NCBI RefSeq assembly: GCF_964204645.1
Contig: NC_134028.1
Span: 27,152,345 to 27,216,344 of the forward strand
DNA length: 64,000 nucleotides
Direction of reading: 5' to 3'
Source of the DNA: Tubulanus polymorphus
Lineage: Eukaryota; Animalia; Nemertea
Notes under the pieces: generated by a model
The model's input: only the letters and a program-made list of their open reading frames with translations
Database searches by the model: none
What the model was told of the DNA's origin: nothing
Translations under genes and position numbers: made by a program
Part shown: piece by piece, positions 23,428 to 39,600 of the stretch
Layout of the letters: each line of letters begins with the position of its first letter
Numbering within the stretch: position 1 is the first letter of the stretch

Positions 23428-23500
23428 AACTCAGCGGTCTAGTGGTTGGCGTGCTCGGCTGGCATGCTGGAGTTCGCAGGTTCGAGTCCTGCTAGGGTTA
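23428..23500 (+). pseudogene. tRNA-like sequence, unit 2 copy
   Basis: Same sequence as 12713-12785. Confidence 0.65.
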
Positions 23501-26259
23501 GGGTTACGGTCGATCTAGGGTTAGGGTTAGTGCCTCAGGTTGGGGCTAATTTTTGGCCCAGCGAGGTATTTGTAGTACGATGATCGTCTGTTTGACTCGG
23601 GTTATTTTTTGGTCAATAGATTCTATACTAACTTATATATTTTGAACACAAATATTCGCTTTATCCTTAGAAGCCACTTTATTTAAAAGATACTTCGCTC
23701 AATACAGTAGTTTATTTCTGAATGAATGAAAGAGTTGGTGACATTATTCAATATATATATATATAAACCACAATATCTACTTTACGGTTGGTATGCAACA
23801 ATTTCCACTCTTTTCCATATAGGTGTCGCTTTGGATAAATGTCTATATCTCTTGACCCAATGGACCGATTACGATTAAACTTGATACACAGGAACTTTTA
23901 TCAAGTAGCACTCGGGGTGGGTGAAATCGCTCTAGGTTGAAGTTACACTGTCCTAAAATGGCTCCAAACAACGTGAAATTGGTAGTTAGGCTTCTTCGAG
24001 TACGGGTAGAACACAGTTTGAAATCGTATCGTTGTAGGTTATCGTAAAGAAGATGAATCCGTAGGCACCTAATACGACGATTAACAGTACAAATATCGAT
24101 ATAGACACGCGGTTTTAGTCGAGACATTGATCGCCGGGTTTAAACATTCCTGGATATGACCATGTTTCACAATTAAATTCATCTTCTAAATGAGGACGAC
24201 CATCGATCACGTGTCTAATCGCATCATAATGGGTACGGGGTGTCCCGCGTTCGAACCAAGTAATTACTGATACTGGTTCAGAGTGGTATTGATACTGAAT
24301 AGAGGATGTACAGGGGTATCCCGAGTTCGAACCCAGTAATTACTGATGATACTGATTCAGAGAGGTCCTGATGCTGATTAGATGATGTACAGGGGTGTAC
24401 CCAGTAGTGGTCCAAGTTGTCCTGATGCTGGATGGAGGATGTACAGGGGTGTCCCGACTGTACGGTGCTGCCGCTATGCTCATCGTTAGCGGGATTTCCG
24501 TACACTTACTGAAGTCAACTCTGGCAATCGTCGTGCTGTCCAGTTATACTCCGTTACCCTTGCTTGCCAGAGTTGACTTACGTTAGTGTATGAAAATCCC
24601 GCTACCGATGAGCATAGAGGCAGCACCGTACGGTAAAATGTTGATATCTTAACCAAAGTAATTACTGATAACTGATTCAGAGTGGTCCTGGTCCTGAATA
24701 TAGGATGTAGAGGGGCATCCCGGGTTCAAATCCGGTCTATTGATACTGATTCTGATTGGTCCTGATGCTGAATGGAGGATGTACAGGGGTATCCCGGGTT
24801 CGAACTCAGTAATTACTGATACTGATTCAGAGAGGTCCTGATGCTGATTAGAAAATGTACAGGGGTGTCCCGGGTTCGAACCCAGCACTATTCTAGGTTG
24901 TTGGGATCATTCATTTATTACGTACGCATAAAATTTGAAATTTTCAACCCCCCTCCCCCTCTGTACGCAAAAGCGGACATTTTCTCATATACATTAAGCA
25001 TTACAGTACGCAATTGCACTGACCCCCTCCCCCTCCCCTAATGCGTACGTAATAAATGAATGACCCCGTTTCTCGAAAAATGATAAAATAACGCACACAC
25101 GACTTACAGCAAAATTTATCTACATTTATTCCTCATTGTCATGTAATGCACCTGCCTTTTTAAGAATAGTAGTTGGACCATCGAATTGAAACCCTCGCAT
25201 ACCAAGGTGAAAAAGAATAAATGAATCCCTCGAGTGGACACCAGGGGTCGCAGTTTCACAAAAAACGATGCATTTTTTAAATGAATTTGCGAAGAAATTT
25301 AATCTGGATCAAATCTCACAAAAAGGACAAAACAGATGAAATCTGTTTTTTTTGTTAATCTTTGATGATAATTAATCCGTCGGTAGGATTTGGTTTATGA
25401 TGCGGGTTTCAATCAGATTTAGATGCCGCAGTTTCGCACACTGAATAGCGAGTGTCCAGTTTCACAGAGAAAGGATGAATCAATTTCAACTTGGATTTAA
25501 TTTTTTCTTCAAAATAAAATGTTTGAACGCAATTGGTTCGTGAAACTGTACCCTAGGCTCAGTTTCTTCAAAAATATTCATTTATTGAGACGGTAAAGTC
25601 GAATTGAGTAAATTATTTCTATGAAACTGAACCCGTGGGATTAACGTGTGACGCACTGAGTGTGTGTGAAACTGCTGGCGTCTGTAATCACAACTACTAA
25701 AACAACACAGAAAATTCATCTTTATTTCAAATAAAACAGAACAACAGTTCACACGAAATAATTATTATAGTCCCATAATAAAGAAAACCTGTCGATATTT
25801 CAACTTTATGGTTTCATTGATTGAGTTACTTGTCAAAACATGTCCATATTACATCATTATACAATATGTGTATCATACAATTTTTTTTACAAAACCAGAC
25901 CAATAAAACTGGGTCGTGGGGTACAAACAATTACAAACTAATGCAACCAGTTATCGCTGCTTTACAGCTACATTTAATCTTCAATTTCAATTTTCACTAA
26001 AACTTTAACACCCACTATATAGAAACTTAATAGAAGTAAAAGACACAACATTTTGGAGTCTCTGTAGAGACCATCATCAAGTCTGAAGAATAACTAACAC
26101 AGGGAAAAACAAGTTAATTAGGAAAGTAAAGCGAGTGTTCAGTGCTAAGGTCGAGAGGTTTTGTTATTTTGTTCGTATAGGTTGTTCTAGTTATTTCTTC
26201 ATTATACTTTTATCATTTTGATTCTGATTCTTGATAAATGAATTATGCTTTTTAATTTG

Positions 26260-29200
26260 CATATAGCAGGGTTTAAATTATATATTCTATGCCCGAGTCA
26301 GGCTATTATTCTATTAGCAAAAATGACACCACAGCTTTGAGAGATCAGGGGATCAGGGGATGACTCTATTGTTTTTATGGATATGTGATACACAGTCTAT
26401 CAAACCATCACAAACAGAACAACAGTAGGCTGCCCATGCCGGTCGGCACATATGAACAATATTCATTTGGCTTTAAACTTAAAAATTGCAGATCCGAAAT
26501 AAGTGGCAGCATATCAATCTCCAGGTAGATGGCTGGTTCCTGTCCCTGTCAAATGGCAAATTGGTCCCGATCCCCACTTCGTCCTAGAATAGAGAAAACT
26601 TGCGTCAGCAAACATTACATTGAAAATGTTCGATTGAATTAACAGTCAAGTGGGAATTATTGTTTTCATGAAATATTTCGGAAACTAGAATTTATCATTA
26701 CCTTATAATTCTAGATAATTCAACACCATTATTTAATCTTTGGTCAATTTTCAAACTGTTCAATTGGACAAATTTCATGCTGCAAAAAATCATCATACTA
26801 TGAAAAAGTAACGTATTTATAGCAGTCTGAAATTGGGGCTAAATTCTATTAGAAAATCAATCATTTTCAAACTTGTGTTGAGCAGAATTAAGCAGCATCA
26901 GCTGCAGCAGCATCAGCCTGCACTTCTTTCCGGAGAATCACACATAAAAATTCTGTACAGAATAATTAAATGTTAGAATATTATGAAATTAGAGCACAGT
27001 GGAGTGATGAAAGACTCACCATTTCTAAACTCATATCAGATAAATTCAGTGCCATCTAGCAGGATTTCACTTCCAACAGTAATAATGTCATGAAGTTAAG
27101 AGAACTGATGATTTTCTGAGAAAATAAATTCTTAAAACGATAGCAGCAGCTTCAGCAACTAGAGCTTCTTTACTCTTTGAAGGTGAATATTTTTAATTTC
27201 TCCAGTTCCAAAAAGTGTTGGGCGTATTGCATTCTGGAAAGAGAAAATTATGCCAGAAAATGGTTAATGAAATAGATAGAAACTGCAACTTGTTTGTGTT
27301 CGATTGACAGAAAACCTACCAGGTTAATGAGTAGTTAATCACAATGTGTCGAGAATATGCAGATTTCTGAGAGGTTTGATGGTAGCTTTAGACTGCATCC
27401 TCTAGTAAAACGTTGATACCTGCCAACATTGACCGATCAAAACATCATTTTCTGGACTTGATTTGAAGATCACCACAAATTACTGCAATAAATCGATATA
27501 AAACTCACCGCTTCTGACTTGTTTGATTTGTAGAGCGCAATGTTAACTGCAAGTTCAGCTTTATTTTGGACCCTAGAATACAAAAGTTGTATAATTTTGA
27601 TGATTCAAACTTTGACCAGAATAGAAGTGATTGAAAATTCGCCTTCACTGATTAATGTAGCTTCTAATCAGGAAATGAGTTTATAAATGTACAGTCAAAC
27701 AGAGACTAGAATCTGTAGAGATATTTACCGGTACTGTATTTGTTTTGAGGACTTAAAGCGATGTCCATCTTAAACAAATGTGAAGTGAATTCCCAATGTT
27801 TACTGTTCACAGATTCTATCAAGGGTTCCAGTTATTTCAGCTCCTAAATACAAATTTTAGAAATTTTCAGTGAAGCTGTTATGAAATAAGAGCAGTTTCA
27901 CACCAAATTAAACTAAGCCGTGATCTTTGAGTGGTTGAATGCTGGAAACATGAACAGATCGAATAATTTATATAGAACAGTTCTCTAAAAATAATGAATT
28001 TGCAAACAGGTTTTACCTGCTGCCGCTGCTGGTGGCGCTTTTGCTGCATGGTGCTGGCACTGCAGGTACTGCTAGTGCTGCTGTTGCTGCTGCTGCGGTG
28101 TGTATCTCATCCTGTAACTGAGAGTAAAACAGTAATTTTTAGTTCAAAAATAATTCAAAATATCAACAGAGACTGTGAAGAATTCTGTGGAGAAATTCAT
28201 TAACAGTTTTGTGCTTATCTTTAAATGAGCGTGTTTAAATAGTAAATTCTATTGCATTCATTTCATTCTGAAAAGAAAAAGAAACAATAATCAGTGACAA
28301 TAGAGCAGAATGTAACATCTCAAATTATCAATCAATCAGACAGAAACAGTACAGGATTTCTGTGGATTAAACTGCTGTACTTATTTCATACTGATTGTAC
28401 AGTTACAGATACATGTAACATTCTGTACAGATACAGAGTACAGATCACTGCATTACTTCATCCTGTGATTGAACAGTGATTTAATGTTCTCTCATCTTCA
28501 TTAGACTCCCATCCGTCTAACTAAAACATCAGAACATTTCAACTCATCTAACCTCCCGACCCAACCCTCCCAGACCCCATCCCTCCCGCCCTCCTTCCCA
28601 TACCCCTTCAATCCCGCCTCCCGACCGCTTCCCTCCCACCCTCCCTCGCCCCTTCCCTCCCACCTCCTTCCCTCCCTCACCCCTTCCCTCCCGCCCTCCC
28701 CGACCCCTTCCCTCCCGCCCATACCCTAGCCCTCCCTCAATGCCCCCCACCTGGCCCTCCCTCAATGCCCTCCCACAATACCCTCCCACCTAGCCCTACC
28801 TCAATGCCCTCCCTCAATGCCTCCTCAACTCTCTTGTCTCCTCTTCACACACCACACATCTGTACAATAACTACAAAACGATTTGCCATTTTTCACGATC
28901 ATATCAATTTCATTTATAAATCAAAATCCTTAATCAATTGCATCATTGATGGGACTCACAGATACTTTCTCTGCACATTTTGGAGGCATTCAGATGACCT
29001 CAAATGATCATATGCCTGGGTTGGTCTTGAAAATCACATGACTTCATTTTTACAGATGATTTCTTTATCAATTTCATCAAATTATTCCTATTATTTCTAC
29101 TCCCTCTAATAAGTATTCACAATATATCTCAGTTTCACGACAAGTTGCAGCAGTCGTCTGTAAACAGATTTCATTTCATCAAATGATGCGAGTTTGAGTT

Positions 29201-32200
29201 GTAGAGGTTTCATCTACAAAACATCAAACCAAACCCGAGGAACTTAATGTTGTAAGGGAAGGGGACGTATATGGAGGGTTCACCCGAACAAAGGAAATAA
29301 GCCCGAACCAAACCTTCACACTCACAAAATGTCGCGAGAAAGGCAAACACAAACCAAGGACAAGAATGATGGCTGAGATCAAAACAATTAATGCTATTGA
29401 TGTTGCTTCACCAATTCAACATGACGTCACTCAATGAAACCATTGTGGACTATTTCAATACTCTCTACTAGAGGTTTCATATAAGCAAGTAGTTTATGGA
29501 ATCCTATTCATAAAAGTTATTAATCAATGTTTTTAAACTGCTAATGCAAAATATATACGTCATAAATAATCTGTTTGATTGTCTTTTCAAGTTAACACTT
29601 AAACCCAGTGGAACGAACTCCAGCCATTTTTCCTTCATTTGCCATTTTTCGTTTTTACTCTTTTCTCTGACTTTTAGCACTTGAGTCGAGGTAGGAATAG
29701 ACCCCTGCCCGCCCTCTAAGCGTGCAGGACACTAAACCTTCGAATTGCTCTCGGACCCCACTCTTTATATCAGCATTTCATGCTGTTTTATTTTATTCAC
29801 GCATTCGCTTTACATTTTTTCATATGGCTTTTCCTTATTTGTCGTCTCACTAAAATTCTCATCCGTTCCGACTGGGATCAAGTTTAATCTTTTAGAGACA
29901 AACAGCAAAAGGTTGTGTTAGTTGCACCAGCAGCAACACTGATACAGATGAATCTTTCATTAACTACGTCATTTGTTCCATTCTCAAATATTGAGTCATG
30001 AAGGCAACAGAAATAACTTTAAAAAATGTTAAATCTTTCATTTATGGCCTTGGTTTAGTGACCTAAGCGTAAGTGTTTGGTTCATAGCCCAGGTTTGGTG
30101 ACCAAAGAGTCAAAGTTTGGTTCATAGCCCAGGTTTGGTGACCAAAGAGTCAAAAGTTTGGTTCATAGCCCTGTTTTGGTGACCAAAGTGTCAAAGTTTG
30201 GTCTATGGTTCTGATTTGGTGACCAAAGAGTTAAAGTTTGGTTCATAGCCCTGTTTTGGTGACCAAAGAGTCAAAGTTTGGTCTATGGTTCTGATTTGGT
30301 GACCACGGAGGGTAAATATAGCTCATGAGCGTTGCATATGTTGAATAGGGGAATTGGACTAAACACTCATCACTAGAATAAAGTGAAGAATTATGTTCAC
30401 ACTGAATGGGCTCAAAATCTTGTACTAATTGATAAAATCTGAAATAATTCTGACTAATTTGAGTCTATCGGAAAATGATGCATTGATCGAAGTCTAAAAG
30501 CTATAAACTGACAAATTGATCGAGCACTGATAATATTTTAAATAACAGCGGAGGATGAAATAACTTTCATAAACTGATATGATCGTGAAAAATGGCAAAA
30601 TACACTAGATACACCTCCCCCACGCTTTATCAGAGTCTCATTGTAGTAGGAAGATTGCCGTAGCCTAACTGTAAAAACTACAACTACATCTGGTTGAATA
30701 TCATTTGTTTTTACGGCTTTTAAATTCAGTAAAATATTTCCTAATATAAGTATAATTAGTTCGCAGCCCCTTAAATTCTGTCTAGGATAGAATTATAAGT
30801 CACAGGTAGAAATAGAATATTATCCTATTCTAAAATGAATATAACAATAGAACAATAGTCTCTCCGTGTCAATCTTTGTCCCACCTAAAAATTGTACAGT
30901 TTATTTCAGAAAATGTGTCCCATCTTTTTGAAAAGGATAACTAATTATTAAGGATATCTATGAAAAGTGATATACTGTGCCATGAAGGCAAATGAAGAAG
31001 TGTGTCAATAAAAGTGATTACAAAACATATCACTTATTCTAATGAGTTCTATACTCTTCTTCCAAAAATGAAGAGTAGGTCTCTGTCTAAGAATCTGCAG
31101 AAAAAAGAGGAGGCAGCAATGAATGTGACTGCATCTCGACTCTCATCAACAATTTTCTAAGTCGTCCTATACAGTTCTTCATTTTAGAACCAGTATTTAC
31201 AGCCGTTTCTAAAATAGCACAGAAGAAAATACATCTTTCAGCTGGAAATGTATCAGTAAACCCCAAATTCAGAAATCTGGGGGCAATTATCTCATAACGA
31301 TTGAGAGAAGTGACAGTGAAATAACGTGCGCACTCACCGGGGATCAAACCCAGGTCTCATAGAAATAACAACCAGTAAAATAGAACGAGTCCAATTGGCC
31401 GATGCTTATACAGCTTACTGTAACATGACAAGTTGCAGTCACACATGTTGCGGCCACATGACGTGTTTCATAATGATTAATCCTTTCTTAGAATAATAAA
31501 AAGATGGGACACATTTTCTGAAATATCCTGAATTTCGAGACTAAAACTACGACTAAACCACCTGTACCTGTACCAAAACCCTCACCCTATATCCCTCCCT
31601 CCAAAGTCCTACCACCACCCCTACATCCCTCCCACCCTTCCTTCACCCCTTCCCTCCTGGACCCTTTCCCTCCCGCCCTCCCTCACCCCTTCCCTCCCGC
31701 CCTCCCTCACCCCTTCCCTCCCGCCCTCCCTCACCCCATACCTCCCCCAAACCTACCCGCCCTCCCTTAACCCTGTGGTTAGGTGAGATGAATGTTCTGA
31801 TGTTTTAGTTAGACGGATGGGAATCTAATGAAGATGAGAGAACATTAAATCACTGTTCAATCACAGGATGAAGTAATGCAGTGATCTGTATCTCAGTATC
31901 TGTACACAATGTTACATGTATCTGTAACTGTACAATCAGTATGAAATAAGTACAGCAGTTTAATCTATAGAAATTCTAACTCTTAAGATACACATGATCT
32001 GATTGTCACGAAGGAACATGATTGATAACAGTTGTATTTTTGACATCAGGAACCAGTTTCATATTGATTAGAAATAACATTTGAGTTGACCACAATTTAG
32101 AAAACCTGTAAACCCGCTTACAGAAATAACAATCCCAATCATGAACTGATTATAGTCAAATATTCACCAAAAGAAATTTGAAATGATTGAATAAATGCAA

Positions 32201-32731
32201 CAGGTTTCTGAGATTTCATTTCAAAACATGGTTTATAACAAACAATATAAAATTGGTCCCTAAAAATCAATTCAACAACCGATAAATAAAGATTAATGTT
32301 ACTTATCTTGAATTTCCACATAGGTTATAGTGATTCCTGATGTCATGCTGAATCCAAGAATGATTCCCGATGTCCGGCGCGAAACCAAAAAAGTCTGATT
32401 GTGAAACACTGATTCCTTGTTGTCATGTGCTGAATCTAAGAGTGATTCTTGTTTTCCTGTGCTGAATCAAAATTCCTGTTGAACATGTTGAAGTGATACC
32501 TATAATAGACAAATCTAAGATTGTTTTCTTTCCTCAGAAATAACTGCAGAAATATCAAATCTAAAATTCAAACTTACAAATTAGATTGTTCACTCCAATC
32601 TGCAGTTCATTTATTCACGGGGTTTTTCTATCCACAGTTTAGGTTTTGCATCTAGAGTTGAACATGAAATATAAACAAAAAGGTAATGAAAAAATGAACA
32701 GTTTAAATATTATCTGTTTCTGAAACCAATG

Positions 32732-32768
<37 letters not shown>

Positions 32769-33516
32769 ATATCACAGTCGAATGGAGGCAAGTAGAGGCA
32801 TCAATCCTCCCGCGGCAGGAACTCAAACCTCATGGCATCCAGATTGCCACGGTACGAAACCCTGCCACACTAGACCGAGTGCGCAGCAGCTACACGCGCA
32901 GCTTAGATGATGTCATTAATAGCCAATCAGATATTACGTTTCATTTTAGCCCAGGTTTTGCCATTTATAGTTCTTCAAGTTTTCGTGCGGCAAAGCTGCG
33001 CATGTACCTGCGCACCCGGTCTAGTGTGGCAGGGGTTCGTGCTGTGGCTGAGTGTAGCGAGCGATGTCATCAGGTTGGAATCCCTCCCATGGGAGGATGT
33101 TGGTTGGTGTCCGACACGTTTGGACTGTGTGTGGTGGTGATTAGGCCTAATATCGGTTTAGCGACGGATGAAATAAACTTACACTGTTTTCACTATTTGA
33201 TGTAATCAGTCGATGGAATCATTTTAGAACAAATTCATCACAAAACAGCGAGGTGAAGCCCATCATGGTCTAGATATATCGGGATGGAATGACGTCGATA
33301 TGCTCGACTGAGCGCCACCAGTCCACAAGTGCACCGTTTGTAGGATGTACCTCTGAAATAATTTGATTTCCCACAATATCTGAGATGGAATATTTTTCGC
33401 CATTTAAACCAATGTTACAAACACTTACCAAATACTGATTTCAGGGGGCGGGAAGGAGGGTGGCAATGTTTAGGTGAGGTTTTTGCTAAATTTCGTGTTA
33501 TGGTAAAGCACGCCAT
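26260..33516 (-). pseudogene. Multi-exon gene relic, unit 2 copy
   Basis: Colinear with unit 1; the donor equivalent to 17352-17357 is mutated; 8-bp deletion in the first exon. Confidence 0.45.
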
Positions 33517-34355
33517 TTTGATATTGCGTCATAGTGTACCTCAGATTGGGATTCCCGCCGCTAGACTGGTCACCGCCACCTGCATTCGCAAGTAGAAATG
33601 GCAACCAGTCTATTGCAGGTCTCGGCTTCTTTTCGATTATATTGGATTTTTATATTCTACGCATCAAAGAATTTATTCTAATGAAACCCACGCTCTTGGA
33701 TCAAAGGCCCGCGGATTACTACTTTAGTTCACAGAAATTCCGCTATCGTTATTCATAGGGGCAGCACTGAACGGTTGTTATCTGATGCAGTCTTGCTATT
33801 TTACTGTGGCATGTGAGGAATACAGATTTTTCTTAAGTCAAATTTCATTCATCACTCAACACTAGTTTGTTAGAAATTAATAACTCTACCAACATTAGAG
33901 CTTTATATAAGGAGAGTGAATGGTATGATAGAATCTCCCTAATTCCGATCATTGGGACCAACAAAATTCATCCGTTTTACGGCAAATCCGGATTAAAAGT
34001 CATTTTCGTGTATATTAATGATTAAATTGACTGTAAATATTATCCGGATTAGACCAAAATTCGGATTAAGCCGATGCGGATTAAACGATTTAGTTTGACT
34101 GTATTAGCCAATAGAATCAGTCTTGGAATACAGAAAGACGTTCACGATTGAGTTATGTACAAATACCGATATGAGAAAAGCTTAGATTCACCTCCTAAGC
34201 CATCACCCATGGAAATGGCCCCAGGGCACTAAAAATGCAATTACCAAGAAACAACCACTGACGCGAGTGTTGGCCTGTTTGATGAACGCAGTAACCCTAG
34301 TGTTGGCCTTGTACCACACTGAGCACACGTATTCACAAACTTAGTCAGCTACCAG

Positions 34356-34428
34356 AACTCAGCGGTCTAGTGGTTGGCGTGCTCGGCTGGCATGCTGGAG
34401 TTCGCAGGTTCGAGTCCTGCTAGGGTTA
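34356..34428 (+). pseudogene. tRNA-like sequence, unit 3 copy
   Basis: Same sequence as 12713-12785. Confidence 0.65.
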
Positions 34429-36639
34429 GGGTTACGGTCGATCTAGGGTTAGGGTTAGTGCCTCAGGTTGGGGCTAATTTTTGGCCCAGCGAGGTATTTG
34501 TAGTACGATGATCATCTGTTTGACTCGGGTTATTTTTTGGTCAATAGATTCTATACTAACTCATATATTTTGAACACAAATATTCGCTTTATCCTTAGAA
34601 GCCACTTTATTTAAAAGATACTTCGCTCAATAGAGTACGTAGTTTATTTCTGAATGAATGAAAGAGTTGGTGACATTATTCAATATATATATATATAAAC
34701 CACAATATCTACTTTACGGTTGGTATGCAACAATTTCCACTCTTTTCTATATAGGTGTCGCTTTGGATAAATGTCTATATCTCTTGACCCAATGGACCGA
34801 TTACGATTAAACTTGATACACAGGAACTTTTATCAAGTAGCACTCGGGGTGGGTGAAATCGCTCTAGGTTGAAGTTACACTGTCCTAAAATGGCTCCAAA
34901 CAACGTGAAATTGGTAGTTAGGCCTACTTCGAGTACGGGTAGAACACAGTTTGAAATCGTATCGTTGTAGGTTATCGTAAAGAAGATGAATCCGTAGGCA
35001 CCTAATACGACGATTAACAGTACAAATATCGATATAGACACGCGGTTTTAGTCGACACATTGATCGCCGGGTTTAAACATTCCTGGATATGACCATGTTT
35101 CACAATTAAATTCATCTTCTAAATGAGGACGACCATCGATCACGTGTCTAATCGCATCATAATGGGTACGGGGTGTCCCGCGTTCGAACCAAGTAATTAC
35201 TGATACTGGTTCAGAGTGGTCTTGATACTGAATAGAGGATGTACAGGGGTATCCCGAGTTCGAACCCAGTAATTACTGATACTGATTCAGAGAGGTCCTG
35301 ATGCTGATTTGATGATGTACAGGGGTGTCCCGGGTTCGAACTCAGTAGTGGTCCAAGTTGTCCTGATGCTGAATGGAGGATGTACAGGGTTGTCCCGGGT
35401 TCGAGAATCAGTAATTACTGATACTGATTCACAGTGGTCCTGATGCTGATTTGATGATGTACAGGGGTGTCCCGGGTTCGAACTCAGTAGTGGTCCAAGT
35501 TGTCCTGATGCTGAATGGAGGATGTACAGGGGTGTCCCGACCGTACGGTGCTGCCGCTATGCTCATCGTTAGCGGGATTTCCATACACTAACTGAAGTCA
35601 ACTCTGGCAATCGTCGTGCTGTCCAGTTATACTCCGTAACCCTTGCTTGCCAGAGTTGACTAACGTTAGTGTATGAAAATCCCGCTACCGATGAGCATAG
35701 AGGCAGCACCGCACGGTAAAATGTTGATATCTTAACAAAAGTAATTACTGATAACTGATTGGTCCTGATGCTGAATGGAGGATGTTCAGGGGTATCCCGG
35801 GTTTCGAACCCAGTAATTACTGATACTGGTTCAGAGTGGTCTTGATACTGAATAGAGGATGTACAGGGGTGTCCTGGGTTCGACCCCGCCACGAAAAATG
35901 ATTAAATAACGCACACACGACTTACAGCAACATTTATCTATATTTATTCCTCATTGACATGTAACACACCAGGACCCAGTTCCACAGTTGTGAGTTTGGG
36001 GTAACCCATTGAAAATGAAATAACTTTCTGCTGGCGTCTGTAATCACAACTAAAACAACAGAGAAAATTCATCTTTATTTCAAATAAAACAGAACAACAG
36101 TTCACACGAAATATTATAGTCCCATGATAAAGAAAACCTCGATATTTCAACTTTATGGTTTCATTGATTGAGTGACTTGTCAAAACATGTCCATATTACA
36201 TCATTATACAATATGTGTATCATACAATTTTTTTTACAAAACCAGACCAATAAAACTGGGTCGTTGGGTACAAACAATTACAAACTAATGCAGTTACATG
36301 GAATTTGTAAATTAAACCAGTTATCGCTGCTTTACAGCTACATTTAATCTTCAATTTCAATTTTCACTAAAACTTTAACACCCACTATATAGAAACTTAA
36401 TAGAAGTAAAAGACACAACATTTTGGAGTCTCTGTAGAGACCATCATCAAGTCTGAAGAATAACTAACACAGGGAAAAACAAGTTAATTAGGAAAGTAAA
36501 GCGAGTGTTCAGTGCTAAGGTCGAGAGGTTTTGTTATTTTGTTCGTATAGGTTGTTCTAGTTATTTCTTCATTATACTTTTATTATTTTGATTCTGATTC
36601 TTGATAAATGAATTTTGCCTTTTAAATTTGCATATAACA

Positions 36640-39600
36640 GGGTTTAAATCATATATTCTATGCCCGAGTCAGGCTATCATTCTATTAGCAAAAATGACAC
36701 CACAGCTTTGAGAGACGAATCAGGGGATGACTCGATTGTTTTTATGGATATGTGATACACAGTCTATCAAACCATCATAAACAGAACAACAGTAGGCTGC
36801 CCGTGCCGGTCGGCACATATGAACAATATTCATTTGGCTTTAAACTTAAAAATTGCAGATCTGAAATAAGTGGCAGCATATCAATCTCCAGGTAGATGGC
36901 TGGTTCCTGTCCCTGTCAAATGGCAAATTGGTCCCGATCCCAACTTCGTCCTAGAATAGAGAAAACTTGCGTCAGCAATTATTACATAGAAAATGTTCAA
37001 TTGAATTAACAGTTAAGTGGGAATTGTTTTCATGACATAATTCGGTAACTAGAATTTATAATTACCTTATAATTCAAGATAATTCAACACCATTATTCAA
37101 TCTTTGATCACTTTTCAAACTGTTCTGTTGGACAAATTTCATGCTGCAAAAAATCATCATACTATGAAAAAGTAACGTATTTATAGCAGTCTGAAATTGG
37201 GGCTAAATTCTATTAGAAAATCAATCATTTTCAAACTTGTGTTGAGCAGAATTAAGCAGCATCAGCCGCACTTCTTTCCGGAGAATCACACATAAAAATT
37301 CTGTACAGAATAATTAAATGTTAGAATATTATGAAATTAGAGCACAGTGGAGTGATGAAAGACTCACCATTTCTAAACTCATATCAGATAAATTCAGTGC
37401 CATCTAGCAGGATTTCACTTCCAACAGTCATAATGTCATGAAGTTAAGAGAACTGATGATTTTCTGGGAAAATAAATTCTTAAAACGATAGCAGCAGCTT
37501 CAGCAACTAGAGCTTCTTTACTCTTTGAAGGTGAATATTTTTATTTTCTCCAGTTCCAAAAAGTGTTAGGCGTATTGCATTCTGGAAAGAGAAAATTATG
37601 CCAGAAAATGGTTAATGAAATAGATAGAAACTGCAACTTGTTTGTGTTCGATTGACAGAAAACCTACCAGGTTAATGAGTAGTTTATCACAATGTGTCGA
37701 GTATATGCAGATTTCTGAGAGGTTTGATGGTAGCTTTAGACTGCGTTCTCTAGTAAAACGTTGATACCTGCCAACATTGACCGATCAAAACATCATTTTC
37801 TGGACTTGATTTGAAGATCACCACAAATTACTGCAATAAATCGATATAAAACTCACCGCTTCTGACTCGTTTGATTTGTGGAGCGCAATGTTAACTGCAA
37901 GTTCAGCTTTATTTTGGACCCTAGAATACAAAAGTTGTATAATTTTGATGATTCAAACTTTGACCAGAATAGAAGTGATTGAAAATTCGCCTTCACTGAT
38001 TAATGTAGCTTCTAATCAGGAAATGAGTTTATAAATGTACAGTCAAACAGAGACTAGAATCTGTAGAGATATTTACCGGTACTGTATTTGTTTTGAGGAC
38101 TTAAAGCGATGTCCATCTTAAACAAATGTGAAGTGAATTCCCAATGTTTACTGTTCACAGATTCTATCAAGGGTTCCAGTTATTTCAGCTCCTAAATACA
38201 AATTTTAGAAATTTTCAGTGAAGCTGTTATGAAATAAGAGCAGTTTCACACCAAATTAAACTAAGCCGTGATCTTTGAGCGGTTGAATGCTGGAAACATG
38301 AACAGATCGAATAATTTATATAGAACAGTTCTCTAAAAATAATGAATTTCCAAACAGGTTTTACCGGCTGCTGCTGCTGCCGCTGTTGCTGCATGGTGCT
38401 GGCACTGCAGGTACTGCTAGTGCTGCTGTTGCTGCTGCTGCGGTGTGTATCTCATCCTGTAACTGAGAGTAAAACAGTAATTTTTAGTTCAAAAATAATT
38501 CAAAATATCAACAGAGACTGTGAAGCATTCTGTGGAGAAATTCATTAACAGTTTTGTACTTACCTTTAAATGAGCCTGTTTAAATAGTAAATTATATTGC
38601 ATTCATTTCATTCTGAAAAGAAAAAGAAACAATAATCAGTGACAATAGAGCAGAATGTAACATCTCAAATTATCAATCAATCAGACAGAAACAGTACAGG
38701 ATTTCTGTGGATTAAACTGCTGTACTTATTTCATACTGATTGTACAGTTACAGATACATGTAACATTGTGTACAGATACAGAGTACAGATCACTGCATTA
38801 CTTCATCCTGTGATTGAACAGTGATTTAATGTTCTCTCATCTTCATTAGATTCCCATCCGTCGAACTAAAACATCAGAACATTTAAACTCATCTAACCTC
38901 CCGACCCAACCCTCCCAGGCCCCATCCCTCCCGCCCTCCTTCCCTCCCATACCCCTTCAATCCCGCCTCCCGACCCCTTCCCTCCCACCATCCCTCGCCC
39001 CTTCCCTCCCGCCCTCCCGGACCCCTTCCCTCCCGCCCTCCCAAACCCCTTCCCTCCCGCCCTCCCCGACCCCTTCCCTCCCATACCCCTTCCCTCCCGG
39101 ACCCCTTCCCTCCCGCCCTCCTGGACCCCTCCCTCAATGCCCTCCCACCTGGCCCTCCCTCAATGCCCTCCCACCTAGCCCTCCCTCAATGCCTCCTCAA
39201 CTCTCTTGTCTCCTCTTCACACACCACACATCTGTACAATAACTACAAAACGATTTGCCATTTTTCATGATCATATCAATTTCATTTATAAATCAAAATC
39301 CTTAATCAATTGCATCATTGATGGGACTCACAGATACTTTCTCTACACATTTTGGAGGCATTCAGATGACCTCAAATGATCATATGCCTGGGTTGGTCTT
39401 GAAAATCACATGGCTTCATTTTTACAGATGATTTCTTTATCAATTTCATCAAATTATTCCTATTATTTCTACTCCCTCTAATAAGTATTCACAATATATC
39501 TCAGTTTCACGACAAGTTGCAGCAGTCGTCTGTAAACAGATTTCATTTCATCAAATGATGCGAGTTTGAGTAGTAGAGGTTTCATCTACAAAACATCAAA

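Larger units (their letters stand above)
22886..33813. repeat. Macrosatellite unit 2 (10,928 bp)
   Basis: Colinear near-identical copy of unit 1 with indels. Confidence 0.96.
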